64,000 nucleotides of DNA from Eledone cirrhosa (GCA_964016885.1 OZ024740.1:37324001-37388000); one strand, 5' to 3'; positions 31,007-45,700 are shown, numbered from the stretch's first letter. Made by a program: numbers and translations. Notes: generated by a model not told the origin, from the sequence alone.

Positions 31007-31080
31007 TATTCCATTACCAAAGGTTTCAAGACACTAGATGATCCTTACAGAAAGGTCCAGCCCGTTCATCAGATGAAATA
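31007..31080 (-). ncRNA. Type I hammerhead ribozyme, apparently intact
   Basis: TATTTCAT CTGATGA [stem II] GAAACC TTT GGTA ATGGAATA: 8-bp stem I with one G-U, 3-bp stem III, GUA cleavage triplet. Confidence 0.82.
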
Positions 31081-31190
31081 GTTATGTTTTGAAATTGATA
31101 TCTATTAAAAATGAAAGGGAGGCTGAGTTAAAATAACATCTTATAACGGAATAAAAATATATATATATACACACACATATATAAATATAC

Positions 31191-32362
31191 ATGGCCATGC
31201 TCAGTGTGTAGGAAAGGAGTAGGCAGAAACTCCATTTTATGTCGCAAATGCAAAGTATGGGTGCATAAAAGATGTAGTGGGATCACAGGTAAGCTAACTA
31301 AGAATATAGATTTTATATGTGGCCGGTGCTCAGGTGCAATAAGTAGCAGCAAGTGCCCACAGAATACTAGCTCATTCCATTGCACAGATGGTTCTATAGA
31401 AATAGTGGACAGCTTCCGTTACCTAGGTGACAAAATCAGCAGTGGGGGAGGGTGCTCTGAAAGTACAGTAGCTAGAGTCAGAACTGGATGGAAAAAGTTC
31501 AGAGAGCTTATACCACTATTAGCCGCTAAAGGGTTCTCCCTAAAAATGAAAGGCAGGTTGTATGATGCCTGCATACGAACAGCAATGTTACATGGCAGTG
31601 AGACCTGGGCATTGTGTGCAGAGGATATACGCAGACTGGAGAGGAACGAAGCTTGCATGCTCCGTTGGATGTGTAATAGTAATATACGTGAACGGCAAAG
31701 CATAAATGAACTAAAGGAGAAATTAGTAATAAGAGGAATCAGATGTTGTTTACCCGAGAGAAGACTACGTTGGTATGGTCACGTGATGCGCATGAAAGAC
31801 GACAGCTATATAAAAAAGTGCAGGGTGATAAAAATAGACGGTAGCCACAGAGGCAGACCCAGAAAAACCTGGGACGACTTGATAAATTCCAACCTCACAC
31901 ACATACACCTCTCCAAGACAATGTCACTGGACCGAAATCTTTGGCGCTACACAGTAATACAGAAGACCCGCCTTGCCTAAGTACAAAGTGAAACCTACAG
32001 TCAGTAAGCACCTCTAACAAAAATTCACCCCCGTCCCAGCACCCCCACCCCATCCACACCACCCTTTTCGATGTAAAGTTATGTTGGTACCACAACATCC
32101 AGTCCGAAATAAATGAGGATGTGTAGGTGTCACAAAAAAAAAACACACAGTCCACACTGTAATGTGGCCGTGTAGGTAACACGGTAAAAACCTCCCAGTC
32201 CACACTGTAAACGTGGTTGGTGTTAGGAAGGGCATCCAGCCGTAGAAAACCCGCCAGACAGTCCTATATGAGCAAGACAACCAATCTTGCCTCAAGTGGG
32301 AAAATTCCCGTCCTAACCCATGCAAGCGTGGAAGATGGACGCTAAAGGATGATGATGATGAT
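31191..32362 (+). mobile_element. 5'-truncated RTE-clade LINE (PHD-like finger, RT C-terminus, 3' UTR, (GAT)n tail)
   Basis: ORF 31204-31980: VDSFRYLGD, LHGSETW, RRLRWYGHVMR, GRPRKTW; highly similar to 55630-56783. Confidence 0.93.
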
Positions 32363-32652
32363 ACATGCACACACACACATAAAATCATATGCACGCATCT
32401 ATACGTACGTCTATATACACTCTTACATAGATATATAAGCGCATCAACCACATATACACTCATACACACACACACACATACATCCACATCTATATATACG
32501 CATACATACAAACAAACACATATATACATAGAAAATATATACACACACTCACGATAATAAATGCACGCACATATATACAGTAAGAAAGGACATGCATAGA
32601 TATATTTTAAAAATTATAAATATTATTTCAAAACTTATATCCAAAACATAAC

Positions 32653-32726
32653 TATTTCATCTGATGAACGGGCTGGACATTTCTGTAAGGATCATCTAGT
32701 TTCTTGAAACCTTTCGTAATGGAATA
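32653..32726 (+). ncRNA. Type I hammerhead ribozyme (one stem III mutation)
   Basis: TATTTCAT CTGATGA ... GAAAC CTTTC GTA ATGGAATA. Confidence 0.78.
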
Positions 32727-32817
32727 ATTAGATTGTGATGTTTATTATGTAATTAAATAGCTCTGTACTATATATAGAGCACTCTTCTTTCCTTTACCTT
32801 TTCTACGGAAATACTTA

Positions 32818-32870
<53 letters not shown>

Positions 32871-32992
32871 CATGTGTGTGTGTATGTGTTTTGTAGCTAT
32901 TTATATTAGTTTTCTGTTATTCGGTACAAGATATTTATAAAAGCCTTTTAGTTACATAACACCTCTGCCTCCCTGTGTTTGTGGTAGATAGG

Positions 32993-35015
32993 GCCATTAG
33001 AGACAAAAGACTGGCATGGAAGGCTTGGAAAAATTGGTGGGAGTAGGGAAGGATACACAGCCGCTAAGAGAGAAGCTAGACATCAGGTGTACTGAGAGTA
33101 GGAGGTTTGCCAATGTTCTGCGATGGAAGATCAGAGACGTGCGGTGTTCCGTATTACAAGGCAGTGTATCAGTGCAAATCAGGATGTTGTTGGAGATAAG
33201 TGTGTCCGGAATGGTGCCGGTGTACTTAGTGTCACGAATGATCAAAAAAAGGAGGCCTGGAAATGTCACTATGAGAGACTGATGAATGCGGAGAACGAAT
33301 GGGAGAGAGAGAAATTACCCCCAGTAGACTTGACAGAAGGATCAGCTATTGAGATTGACGAATATAGGGTACAAGAGGCAATAAAGGAAATGAAGAATGG
33401 TAAGGCTGCTGGACCGTCGGGGATAGTTGCTGAGATGCTGAAGGCATCAGGAGAAGTAGGCACTAAACTGGTTGCACATCATCAATCAAGCTATATATGG
33501 TGGTGTCATACCCAAAGACTGGTGCAGCAGTATTCTCATAAATTGCTACAAAGGTAAAGGGGATGCTCTAGAGAGGAGCAATTATAGGGACATAAAGCTG
33601 ATGGATCAGGTTATGAAAGTGGCAGAGAGAATATTAGCGCAACTGATTAGAGAAAGGGTCAAATTAGATGAGATGCAGTTTGGTTTTGTGCCTCGGAAAA
33701 GTACAACAGATGCCCTCTTCTTAGTGAGGTAACTACAAGAGAAGTTCTTAGAGAAGAATAAGCCACCATACTTAGCTTTTGTTGACCTAGAGAAGGCCTT
33801 TGATAGGGTACGCCGATCTGTCATCTGGTGGTCCCTAAGGAAACTAGGTGTATAAGAAAGGCTTGTGAGGACAGTGCAAGCTATGTACAGGGGTGCTGTC
33901 AGTAAAGTGAGAGTAGGTATGGAGTTTAGTGAGGAATTCCAGATACAAGTAGGTGTACATCAGGGTTCGGTCCTCAGCCCGCTCTTGTTCATTATAGTCC
34001 TCCATGCCATAACAGAGGAATTTAAGACTGGATGCTCATGGGAACTTCTCTATGCTGATGATCTGGTTCTTATAGCTGAATCAGTAGAGGAGCTAGAGAA
34101 TAAATTCTGGCTATGGAAACAGCAGTTGGAATCAAGGGGACTGAGAGTGAACCTAGCTAAGACAAAAGTGTTGATAAGTAGAAAAGAGGACAAAACTCTG
34201 ATATGTAGGAAAGGAACTGGCATAAATTCCATAAAATGTACGCAATGCAGATCTTGGGTACACAAGAGATGTAGTGGGATAGCAGGCAAACTAACAGGTA
34301 GTGAAAACTACGTATGCAGTAGATGTGCAGGGAAAGTTTGCAGTAGTAATCGCAGTGATAGACACATTTTTCCAATGCAGGTGGGTTCTATAGAAGTGGT
34401 TGATAGCTTCCAGTACCTAGGTGATCAGATTAGCATGGAAGGGGGGGGGGGGTGTTCCGAGGCCATAGTATCTAGAATAAGGATGGGTTGGAAGAAGTTT
34501 AGGGAGCTGCTTCCTCTGTTGACAAAGAAGGGTTTCTCCCTGCGTACGAAAGGACAGTTATATAATGCCTGTGTGAGATGCACGATGCTGCATGGTAGTG
34601 AGGCATGGGCAGCAACTGTAGAGGATATGCGAGAAATGAAGCAAGTATGCTCCGTTGGATGTGCAATATCAATGTGCGTAAACGACTAAGCATAGACGAG
34701 TTGAGAAAGAAACTGGGTATAAGAGGGATAAGTTGTAGTGTGCGGGAGAGAAGACTGCGATGGTATGGATATGTGATGTGCATGGAGGATGACCGCTGGG
34801 TAAAGAAGTGCCAAGAAATCCCAGTACAAGGAAGACATAATAGAAGTAGACCACGGAAAACATGGCCGGAGGTGGTGAGAGCAGACCTCAGATCACTGAA
34901 ACTCACCGAGGAGATGACGAAGGACCGTGACAAGTGGAGAGATGCTGTGCTGAATAGGACCCGTCCAACCCTTGCAAGCTGGGAAAAGTGGAAGTAAAAT
35001 GATGATGATGATAAT
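32993..35015 (+). mobile_element. 5'-truncated, frameshifted RTE LINE (second subfamily)
   Basis: GKAAGPSG, YKGKGD..NYR, QFGF, FVDLEKAFD, GVHQGSVLSP, LLYADD, Cys/His finger, RLRWYG; (GAT)n tail. Confidence 0.93.
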
Positions 35016-35929
35016 CTTAAATATCAAATTTAATGCATTTTTTATTTTGTCTAATTTTGCTAGTTTGTTTAACATCTAATATTGTAACCATAACTTATTA
35101 CCGGGACCGATTAAATATGAATAACTATTATCTCATGCTTTGCTTTATCTCTTAACATCCTGTACCACATTATCAAGATATAATGGAAAAGTACAAAACA
35201 GCAGCCTCATAAAAAATTGAAATCTTTACTGTAATACTGCAAATTTTCACAACCTGTCCACTTTTCTAAATATTTTCTGCTAAATCATATGTTAAGAGTT
35301 AATACTGCAAATCTAATGTGTCTATAATATTCCTTCTATTTTCTTTCATTTGTCTGTGTTGTACACTGTCTATTTCATTAGCATCTAAGTATTTCTACAT
35401 TCACTTATCACAGTTTCTTTATCTCACATGATATTAGTGTCTCTAATACTAATTTTGCTCTTTTTAAAATTGCCTTGTCATATTTTTCTAATCTAAATCT
35501 TATATCAATGTCTTTGGTAAATTCATGAACTGTTATTATTGTTGTTGTTGTCGTCATCTATCTGAGCTAATAAAATATGTATCAGTAATATGTAACAACC
35601 TCTTCAGTGCTGCTGCCACAGTAAAAAGCACCCAGTACACCCTGTATAGTGTTAGTATTGGTTCCACAATAAAATGCACCCAGTCCACTCTGGAAAGTAC
35701 TGATGCTGGTATCATGAACAATGCACTTAACACAGCCTGTAATGGCGGTTAGTGTTAGGAAGGACATCCAGCTCTAGAGCCATGCCAAATATGGAACATA
35801 ATGAATAAGATTGGTTACTCCAACCTGTCTGATCTCAGACCATGACAACCCACCCAACCCATGCTAGCATGGAAAATGTATTTTGCCGATTTTCACCAAT
35901 TTGAAATTCTATGTAAATGAGGTGCAAAA

Positions 35930-36762
35930 ATATAGAATATAAAGTAGTTAAATCAAACTATAGAATATAAAGTAGTTAGATCACACTATAGAATATAAGA
36001 TAGATCAAACTACAGAATATAAAGTAGGTAGGTCGAACTACAGAATATAAAGTAAGTAGATCGAACTACTGAATATAAAGTAGTTAGATCAAACTACAGA
36101 ATATAAAGTAGTTTGATTAAACTACAGAATATAAAGTAGTTAGATCAAACTACAGAATATAAAGTAATTAGATCAAACTACAGAATATAAAGTAGGTAGA
36201 TCAAACTACAGAATATAAAGTAGGTAGATCAAACTACAGAATATAAAGTAATTAGATCAAACTACAGAATATAAAGTAGGTAGATCAAACTATGGAATAT
36301 AAAGTAGGTAGATCAAACTACAGAATATAAAGGAGTTAGATCAAACTACAGAATATAAAGTAGGTAGATCAAACTACAGAATATAAAGTAGTTAGATCAA
36401 ACTACAGAATATAAAGTAGTTAGATCAAACTACAGAATATAAAGTAATTAGATCAAACTACAGAATATAAAGTAGGTAGATCAAACTACAGAATATAAAG
36501 TAATTAGATCAAACTACAGAATATAAAGTAGGTAGATCAAACTATGGAATATAAAGTAGGTAGATCAAACTACAGAATATAAAGGAGTTAGATCAAACTA
36601 CAGAATATAAAGTAGGTAGATCAAACTACAGAATATAAAGTAGTTAGATCAAACTACAGAATATAAAGTAGGTAGATCAAACTACTGAATATAAAGTAGG
36701 TAGATCAAAATATAAAGTAGTTAGATCAAACTACGGAATATATAGTTAGATCAAACTACAGA
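35930..36762. repeat. 28-bp minisatellite (ACTACAGAATATAAAGTAGKTAGATCAA), ~30 copies
   Basis: 28-bp period read directly. Confidence 0.96.
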
Positions 36763-36894
36763 AGAATTTAGGTCAAACAGGTGAGATAATGATCAGATAA
36801 GGATAGCTGGAAAAAAAAAACATTTGGCAGACATATTTATACCATGTCAACATGGAAAGCAAATGTAATTCAATAGTGAAGATAAAAGTGACAA

Positions 36895-37512
36895 TTAAGG
36901 TGGTGGCAGTGGTTGTGGTAATGCTATCCGAGATTGTGATGGTGATAGTGGTGGTGGTGGTGGTCGTCGTCGTAGTTACAGTAGTGGTGGTGGTAGCTGC
37001 AGTAGTGGTGGTGGTATCTGCAGTAGTAGTGGTGGTAGCTGCAGTAGTGGTGGTGGTAGCTGCAGTAGTGGTGGTGGTAGCTGCAGTAGTGGTGGTGGTA
37101 GCTGCAGTAGTAGTGGTGGTAGCTGCAGTAGTAGTGGTGGTAGTTGTAGTAGTGGTGGTAGCTGCAGTAGTAGTGGTGGTGGGGGTGGTAGCTGCAGTAG
37201 TGATGGCGGTGGTAGCTGCAGTAGTGGTGATGGTGGTAGCTGCAGTAGTGGTGGTAGCTGCAGTAGTGGTGGTGGGAGCTGCAGTAGTAGTGATGGTGGT
37301 AGCTGCAGTAGTGGTGGTAGCTGCAGTAGTAGTGGTGGTAGCTGCAGTAGTAGTGGTGGTAGCTGCAGTAGTGGTGGTGGTAGCTGCAGTAGTGGTGGTG
37401 GTAGCTGCAGTAGTAGTGGTGGTAGCTGCAGCAGTAGTGGTGGTAGCTGCAGCAGTAGTGGTGGTAGCTGCAGTAGTGGTGGTGGTAGCTGCAGTAGTGA
37501 TGGTAGCTGCTA
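36895..37512. repeat. Trinucleotide-based repeat (GTR)n-GCT-GCA; minus strand is open as poly T4-5A2
   Basis: Direct reading; ORF 36773-37534. Confidence 0.92.
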
Positions 37513-38149
37513 TAGTTGTCATTGTCATCGACAATGTTATATATTTAAGTGTATGATGAAATCGAGAAAGAAATCCAAAACATCCTTAACAAAACATCTT
37601 TTTGTTCTTATTCGTTAACGTATGATGATCTACATGAAATATGCTTTATAGAGGAAATAAGCAATTATACTAAAACATTTACTGTTTTTTACTTTAGTTC
37701 TAACTCCATTTTAGGTGGAAATATCATAGATTTTTTTTTATTTGGTCCAAATATATATCTGAATTGTAAGTATTATATAAGTGAAAAGGCCTTTGTTTAT
37801 CCAATATACACTCCTAGATCTCATTTCCTTTCTATTTCAAAAGAAAATATCCTTTATGAAAATGACTAGACAAAATAGATATTTTCATGCAACATAAGGT
37901 GAGATACACTTGGTATACACAGTTAGTTAGTAAATCAGTTACGTAATACCCTGTAGGAGACCTAGATAACTCAAAACTAGAACATACAGAACTAGCAACA
38001 AAGCTGTTTAAATAATTATTCAACCTGCTGAAGTAATAGAAGTGTAACCTTTATCAATGCTCCACTGGATTATAAGGACAAGTTATTTATCACAAGAATG
38101 TTGCTGTATCTAATGTATTTATTACAAGAATAAAAATCCAACTGCATAT

Positions 38150-38845
38150 TCAGTACAAAAATAAAGTAAAGTACCAGTTGAATACTGGGGTTAATATAAT
38201 CAACTTTTCCCTCCCCATGAATTGCAGGCTTTGTGCCTAGATTCATCATTATCATCATCATTTTACGTCCACTTTTCCCTGCTTGCAAGGGTGGGACGGG
38301 AACTGATTCTGGCTTGATTTCTACAGCTGGATGCCCTTCCTAACACCAACCTCATTTACAGTGAGTGCTGGGTGGTTTTTTGCCGTGGCACCTACATGAC
38401 CACTTTGCAGTGGAATGATAGGGACCCCAGTCCCTATCATCTCATTTCTACAGCTGAGTAAACTGGAGCAATGTGAAATAAAGTGTCTTGCTCAAGGAAA
38501 CAACACCAATTCTATCATTTGCCATCCTGTAATACTTGTTTCTACTTTTGGCACAAGGTCAACAATTTGAAATAATGGGAAAAGTTGATTAAATCTACCC
38601 CAGTGTGTTACTGGTACTTTATTTTATCGACTCCATAGTGATGAAAGACAAAGCTAACCTTCGCGGGATTTGAACTCAAAATGTAAAGGGCCATAACTCT
38701 ATCCCATAAAGTTTGTTGTCCAATTCTCTACCGATTACTGCCAATCCACCACCTTGATAGTAATTATATATTGTCTTTCTCTGTGTGTTTGTGTGTGCCC
38801 CAGCATGGCCTCAGCCGGATGGCTGGAACAGGTAAAAGAGTATAT
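38150..38845 (-). mobile_element. Nested decayed SINE and RTE 3'-end fragments
   Basis: S1-like pieces at ~38155-38243 and 38535-38752, RTE 3' UTR motif TGGATGCCCTTCCTAACACCAAC at ~38328, S2 motif at ~38480. Confidence 0.7.
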
Positions 38846-39468
38846 GTGTGTGTTTTGTGTATATGTGTGTTTGTGTGTGTACATGTGTGTGTTTTGTGTA
38901 TGTGTGTGTTTGTGTGTGTACATGTGTGTGTGTGTGGCCATATATAATAAGATATTGGCTATGCTCCCATACCTTTCCATACTATATCACTAACCCATCT
39001 TTGTTGTCAAGGCTACACCCTATACTATACTCTGTTGATACTGGTGTGTACATAGAATTAATTTCTCCCTCACACTAACTTTACATTGGCCTCATGTCTT
39101 TCATCTGTTGTATATACTGCTTCTCATAGTCTACATTAAAGACATCCTTGTGACTTCTCTTGGAATACTTTTACTTACTTACACACTACACCACTCCTAT
39201 TGTCTCTGACAATCTTCTCAGTTGACACAACTGTTGCAGAGAACAAATTGTGAATAAAAAGATTGTGTGCCTCTCACCACTAAATACTGATAGAAACATT
39301 TTGTTAATAACTCAGCTCCTATTAAGATAATATTGAACCTTAAGGCAGGCAATATGTAGGGACTGTAACATACTTCTGGGAACAATAATAATTAGTGCTG
39401 AAATTTTAATTGATTCTGTAGAATTTGTAATAAGACAACATATCATTAACATTATTTGAAATATAATA

Positions 39469-39652
39469 GGGTGGATTGGCAGTATCGGTAGAGGGTCGGA
39501 CGCCATGCTTTGACGCATAGAGTTACGGCTCTTGCCATTCTGAGTTCAAATCCCTCCAAGGTTAACTTTGCCTTTCATCCTTACGGGGTCGATAAAATAA
39601 AGTACCAGTAATGCACTGGTTAATTGCAGGCCTTGTGCCAAAAGTAGAAACA
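39469..39652 (+). mobile_element. Full-length SINE S1 with 18-bp TSD
   Basis: A/B boxes and core; ATTATTTGAAATATAATA at 39451-39468 and 39653-39670. Confidence 0.94.
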
Positions 39653-39792
39653 ATTATTTGAAATATAATAAATTGCAAATAAGCAATATGCACATGATAG
39701 AAAGTGACTTGCTGATGTCGCAGAAAACCGATTGCATAATTCAGTGGGTGATGTTAAAGAATATACCATTTTTATATAAAGATTTTGAAATA

Positions 39793-42700
39793 TTTCCTCA
39801 CATCTATACTACAGTAAACTAACATACCAGTGTTTCCTCACATCTATACTGCAGTAAACTAACATACCAGTGTTTCCTCACAACTATACTACAGTAAACT
39901 AACATACCAGTGTTTCCTCACATCTATACTACAGTAAACTAACACAACAATGTTTCCTCACATCTATACTACAGTAAACTAACATACCAGTGTTTCCTCA
40001 CATCTATACTACAGTAAACTAACATACCAGTGTTTCCTCACATCTATACTACAGTAAACTAACATACCAGTTTTTCCTCACATCTATACTACAGTAAACT
40101 AACATACCAGTGTTTCCTCACATCTATACTACAGTAAACTAACATACCAGTGTTTCCTCACATCTATACTGCAGTAAACTAACATACCAGTGTTTCCTCA
40201 CATCTATACTACAGTAAACTAACATACCAGTGTTTCCTCACATCTATACTGCAGTAAACTAACATACCAGTGTTTCCTCACATCTATACTACAGTAAACT
40301 AACATACCAGTGTTTCCTCACATCTATACTACAGTAAACTAACATACCAGTGTTTCCTCACAACTATACTACAGTAAACTAACATACCAGTGTTTCCTCA
40401 CATCTATACTACAGTAAACTAACACAACAATGTTTCCTCACATCTATACTGCAGTAAACTAACATACCAGTGTTTCCTCACATCTATACTACAGTAAACT
40501 AACACAACAATGTTTCCTCACATCTATACTACAGTAAACTAACATACCAGTGTTTCCTCACAACTATACTACAGTAAACTAACATACCAGTGTTTCCTCA
40601 CATCTATACTACAGTAAACTAATACAACAATGTTTCCTCACATCTATACTGCAGTAAACTAACATACCAGTGTTTCCTCACATCTATACTACAGTAAACT
40701 AACACAACAATGTTTCCTCACATCTATACTACAGTAAACTAACATACCAATGTTTCCTCACAACTATACTACAGTAAACTAACATACCAGTGTTTCCTCA
40801 CATCTATACTACAGTAAACTAACATACCAGTGTTTCCTCACATCTATACTGCAGTAAACTAACATACCAGTGTTTCCTCACATCTATACTACAGTAAACT
40901 AACATACCAGTGTTTCCTCACATCTATACTACAGTAAACTAACATACCAGTGTTTCCTCACAACTATACTACAGTAAACTAACATACCAGTGTTTCCTCA
41001 CATCTATACTACAGTAAACTAACACAACAATGTTTCCTCACATCTATACTACAGTAAACTAACATACCAGTGTTTCCTCACATCTATACTACAGTAAACT
41101 AACATACCAGTGTTTCCTCACATCTATACTACAGTAAACTAACACAACAATGTTTCCTCACATCTATACTACAGTAAACTAACATACCAGTGTTTCCTCA
41201 CATCTATACTGCAGTAAACTAACATACCAGTGTTTCCTCACATCTATACTACAGTAAACTAACACAACAATGTTTCCTCACATCTATACTACAGTAAACT
41301 AACATACCAGTGTTTCCTCACAACTATACTGCAGTAAACTAACATACCAGTGTTTCCTCACATCTATACTACAGTAAACTAACATACCAGTGTTTCCTTA
41401 CATCTATACTACAGTAAACTAACATACCAGTGTTTCCTCACATCTATACTACAGTAAACTAACATACCAGTGTTTCCTCACATCTATACTACAGTAAACT
41501 AACATACCAGTGTTTCCTCACATCTATACTACAGTAAACTAACATACCAGTGTTTCCTCACATCTATACTACAGTAAACTAACATACCAGTGTTTCCTCA
41601 CATCTATACTACAGTAAACTAACATACCAGTTTTTCCTCACATCTATACTACAGTAAACTAACATACCAGTGTTTCCTCACATCTATACTACAGTAAACT
41701 AACATACCAGTGTTTCCTCACATCTATACTGCAGTAAACTAACATACCAGTGTTTCCTCACATCTATACTGCAGCAAACTAACATACCAGTGTTTCCTCA
41801 CATCTATACTACAGTAAACTAACATACCAGTGTTTCCTCACATCTATACTACAGTAAACTAACATACCAGTGTTTCCTCACATCTATACTGCAGTAAACT
41901 AACATACCAGTGTTTCCTCACATCTATACTACAGTAAACTAACATACCAGTGTTTCCTCACATCTATACTACAGTAGACTAACATACCAGTGTTTCCTCA
42001 CATCTATACTACAGTAAACTAACATACCAGTGTTTCCTCACATCTATACTACAGTAAACTAACATACCAGTGTTTCCTCACATCTATACTACAGTAAACT
42101 AACATACCAGTGTTTCCTCACATCTATACTACAGTAAACTAACATACCAGTGTTTCCTCACATCTATACTACAGTAAACTAACATACCAGTGTTTCCTCA
42201 CATCTATACTACAGTAAACTAACATACCAGTGTTTCCTCACATCTATACTACAGTAAACTAACATACCAGTGTTTCCTCACATCTATACTACAGTAAACT
42301 AACATACCAGTTTTTCCTCACATCTATACTACAGTAAACTAACATACCAGTGTTTCCTCACATCTATACTACAGTAAACTAACATACCAGTGTTTCCTCA
42401 CATCTATACTGCAGTAAACTAACATACCAGTGTTTCCTCACATCTATACTGCAGTAAACTAACATACCAGTGTTTCCTCACATCTATACTACAGTAAACT
42501 AACATACCAGTGTTTCCTCACATCTATACTACAGTAAACTAACATACCAGTGTTTCCTCACATCTATATTACAGTAAACTAACATACCAGTTTTTCCTCA
42601 CATCTATACTACAGTAAACTAATACAACAATGTTTCCTCACATCTATACTGCAGTAAACTAACATACCAGTGTTTCCTCACATCTATACTACAGTAAACT

Positions 42701-45700
42701 AACATACCAGTGTTTCCTCACATCTATACTACAGTAAACTAACATACCAGTGTTTCCTCACATCTATACTACAGTAAACTAACATACCAGTTTTTCCTCA
42801 CATCTATACTACAGTAAACTAACATACCAGTGTTTCCTCACATCTATACTACAGTAAACTAACATACCAGTGTTTCCTCACATCTATACTGCAGTAAACT
42901 AACATACCAGTGTTTCCTCACATCTATACTGCAGTAAACTAACATACCAGTGTTTCCTCACATCTATACTACAGTAAACTAACATACCAGTGTTTCCTCA
43001 CAACTATACTGCAGTAAACTAACATACCAGTGTTTCCTCACATCTATACTACAGTAAACTAACATACCAGTGTTTCCTTACATCTATACTACAGTAAACT
43101 AACATACCAGTGTTTCCTCACATCTATACTACAGTAAACTAACATACCAGTGTTTCCTCACATCTATACTACAGTAAACTAACATACCAGTGTTTCCTCA
43201 CATCTATACTACAGTAAACTAACATACCAGTGTTTCCTCACATCTATACTACAGTAAACTAACATACCAGTTTTTCCTCACATCTATACTACAGTAAACT
43301 AACATACCAGTGTTTCCTCACATCTATACTACAGTAAACTAACATACCAGTGTTTCCTCACATCTATACTGCAGTAAACTAACATACCAGTGTTTCCTCA
43401 CATCTATACTGCAGTAAACTAACATACCAGTGTTTCCTCACATCTATACTACAGTAAACTAACATACCAGTGTTTCCTCACATCTATACTGCAGTAAACT
43501 AACATACCAGTGTTTCCTCACATCTATACTACAGTAAACTAACATACCAGTGTTTCCTCACATCTATACTACAGTAAACTAACATACCAGTGTTTCCTCA
43601 CATCTATACTACAGTAAACTAACATACCAGTGTTTCCTCACATCTATACTACAGTAAACTAACATACCAGTGTTTCCTCACATCTATACTACAGTAAACT
43701 AACATACCAGTGTTTCCTCACATCTATACTACAGTAAACTAACATACCAGTGTTTCCTCACATCTATACTACAGTAAACTAACATACCAGTTTTTCCTCA
43801 CATCTATACTACAGTAAACTAACATACCAGTGTTTCCTCACATCTATACTACAGTAAACTAACATACCAGTGTTTCCTCACATCTATACTGCAGTAAACT
43901 AACATACCAGTGTTTCCTCACATCTATACTGCAGTAAACTAACATACCAGTGTTTCCTCACATCTATACTACAGTAAACTAACATACCAGTGTTTCCTCA
44001 CATCTATACTGCAGTAAACTAACATACCAGTGTTTCCTCACATCTATACTGCAGTAAACTAACATACCAGTGTTTCCTCACATCTATACTACAGTAAACT
44101 AACATACCAGTGTTTCCTCACATCTATACTACAGTAAACTAACATACCAGTGTTTCCTCACATCTATACTACAGTAAACTAACATACCAGTTTTTCCTCA
44201 CATCTATACTACAGTAAACTAATACAACAATGTTTCCTCACATCTATACTGCAGTAAACTAACATACCAGTGTTTCCTCACATCTATACTACAGTAAACT
44301 AACATACCAGTGTTTCCTCACATCTATACTACAGTAAACTAACATACCAGTGTTTCCTCACATCTATACTACAGTAAACTAACATACCAGTTTTTCCTCA
44401 CATCTATACTACAGTAAACTAACATACCAGTGTTTCCTCACATCTATACTACAGTAAACTAACATACCAGTGTTTCCTCACATCTATACTGCAGTAAACT
44501 AACATACCAGTGTTTCCTCACATCTATACTGCAGTAAACTAACATACCAGTGTTTCCTCACATCTATACTACAGTAAACTAACATACCAGTGTTTCCTCA
44601 CAACTATACTGCAGTAAACTAACATACCAGTGTTTCCTCACATCTATACTACAGTAAACTAACATACCAGTGTTTCCTTACATCTATACTACAGTAAACT
44701 AACATACCAGTGTTTCCTCACATCTATACTACAGTAAACTAACATACCAGTGTTTCCTCACATCTATACTACAGTAAACTAACATACCAGTGTTTCCTCA
44801 CATCTATACTACAGTAAACTAACATACCAGTGTTTCCTCACATCTATACTACAGTAAACTAACATGCCAGTTTTTCCTCACATCTATACTACAGTAAACT
44901 AACATACCAGTGTTTCCTCACATCTATACTACAGTAAACTAACATACCAGTGTTTCCTCACATCTATACTGCAGTAAACTAACATACCAGTGTTTCCTCA
45001 CATCTATACTGCAGTAAACTAACATACCAGTGTTTCCTCACATCTATACTACAGTAAACTAACATACCAGTGTTTCCTCACATCTATACTGCAGTAAACT
45101 AACATACCAGTGTTTCCTCACATCTATACTACAGTAAACTAACATACCAGTGTTTCCTCACATCTATACTACAGTAAACTAACATACCAGTGTTTCCTCA
45201 CATCTATACTACAGTAAACTAACATACCAGTGTTTCCTCACATCTATACTACAGTAAACTAACATACCAGTGTTTCCTCACATCTATACTACAGTAAACT
45301 AACATACCAGTGTTTCCTCACATCTATACTACAGTAAACTAACATACCAGTGTTTCCTCACATCTATACTACAGTAAACTAACATACCAGTGTTTCCTCA
45401 CATCTATACTACAGTAAACTAACATACCAGTTTTTCCTCACATCTATACTACAGTAAACTAACATACCAGTGTTTCCTCACATCTATACTACAGTAAACT
45501 AACATACCAGTGTTTCCTCACATCTATACTGCAGTAAACTAACATACCAGTGTTTCCTCACATCTATACTGCAGTAAACTAACATACCAGTGTTTCCTCA
45601 CATCTATACTACAGTAAACTAACATACCAGTGTTTCCTCACATCTATACTGCAGTAAACTAACATACCAGTGTTTCCTCACATCTATACTACAGTAAACT

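Larger units (their letters stand above)
30974..32820. mobile_element. Inverted pair of hammerhead-bearing PLE terminal segments (30974-31091 / 32642-32759) plus tail, enclosing an RTE fragment
   Basis: The arms are reverse complements with few mismatches; tail 32760-32820 is homologous to 19121-19183. Confidence 0.78.
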
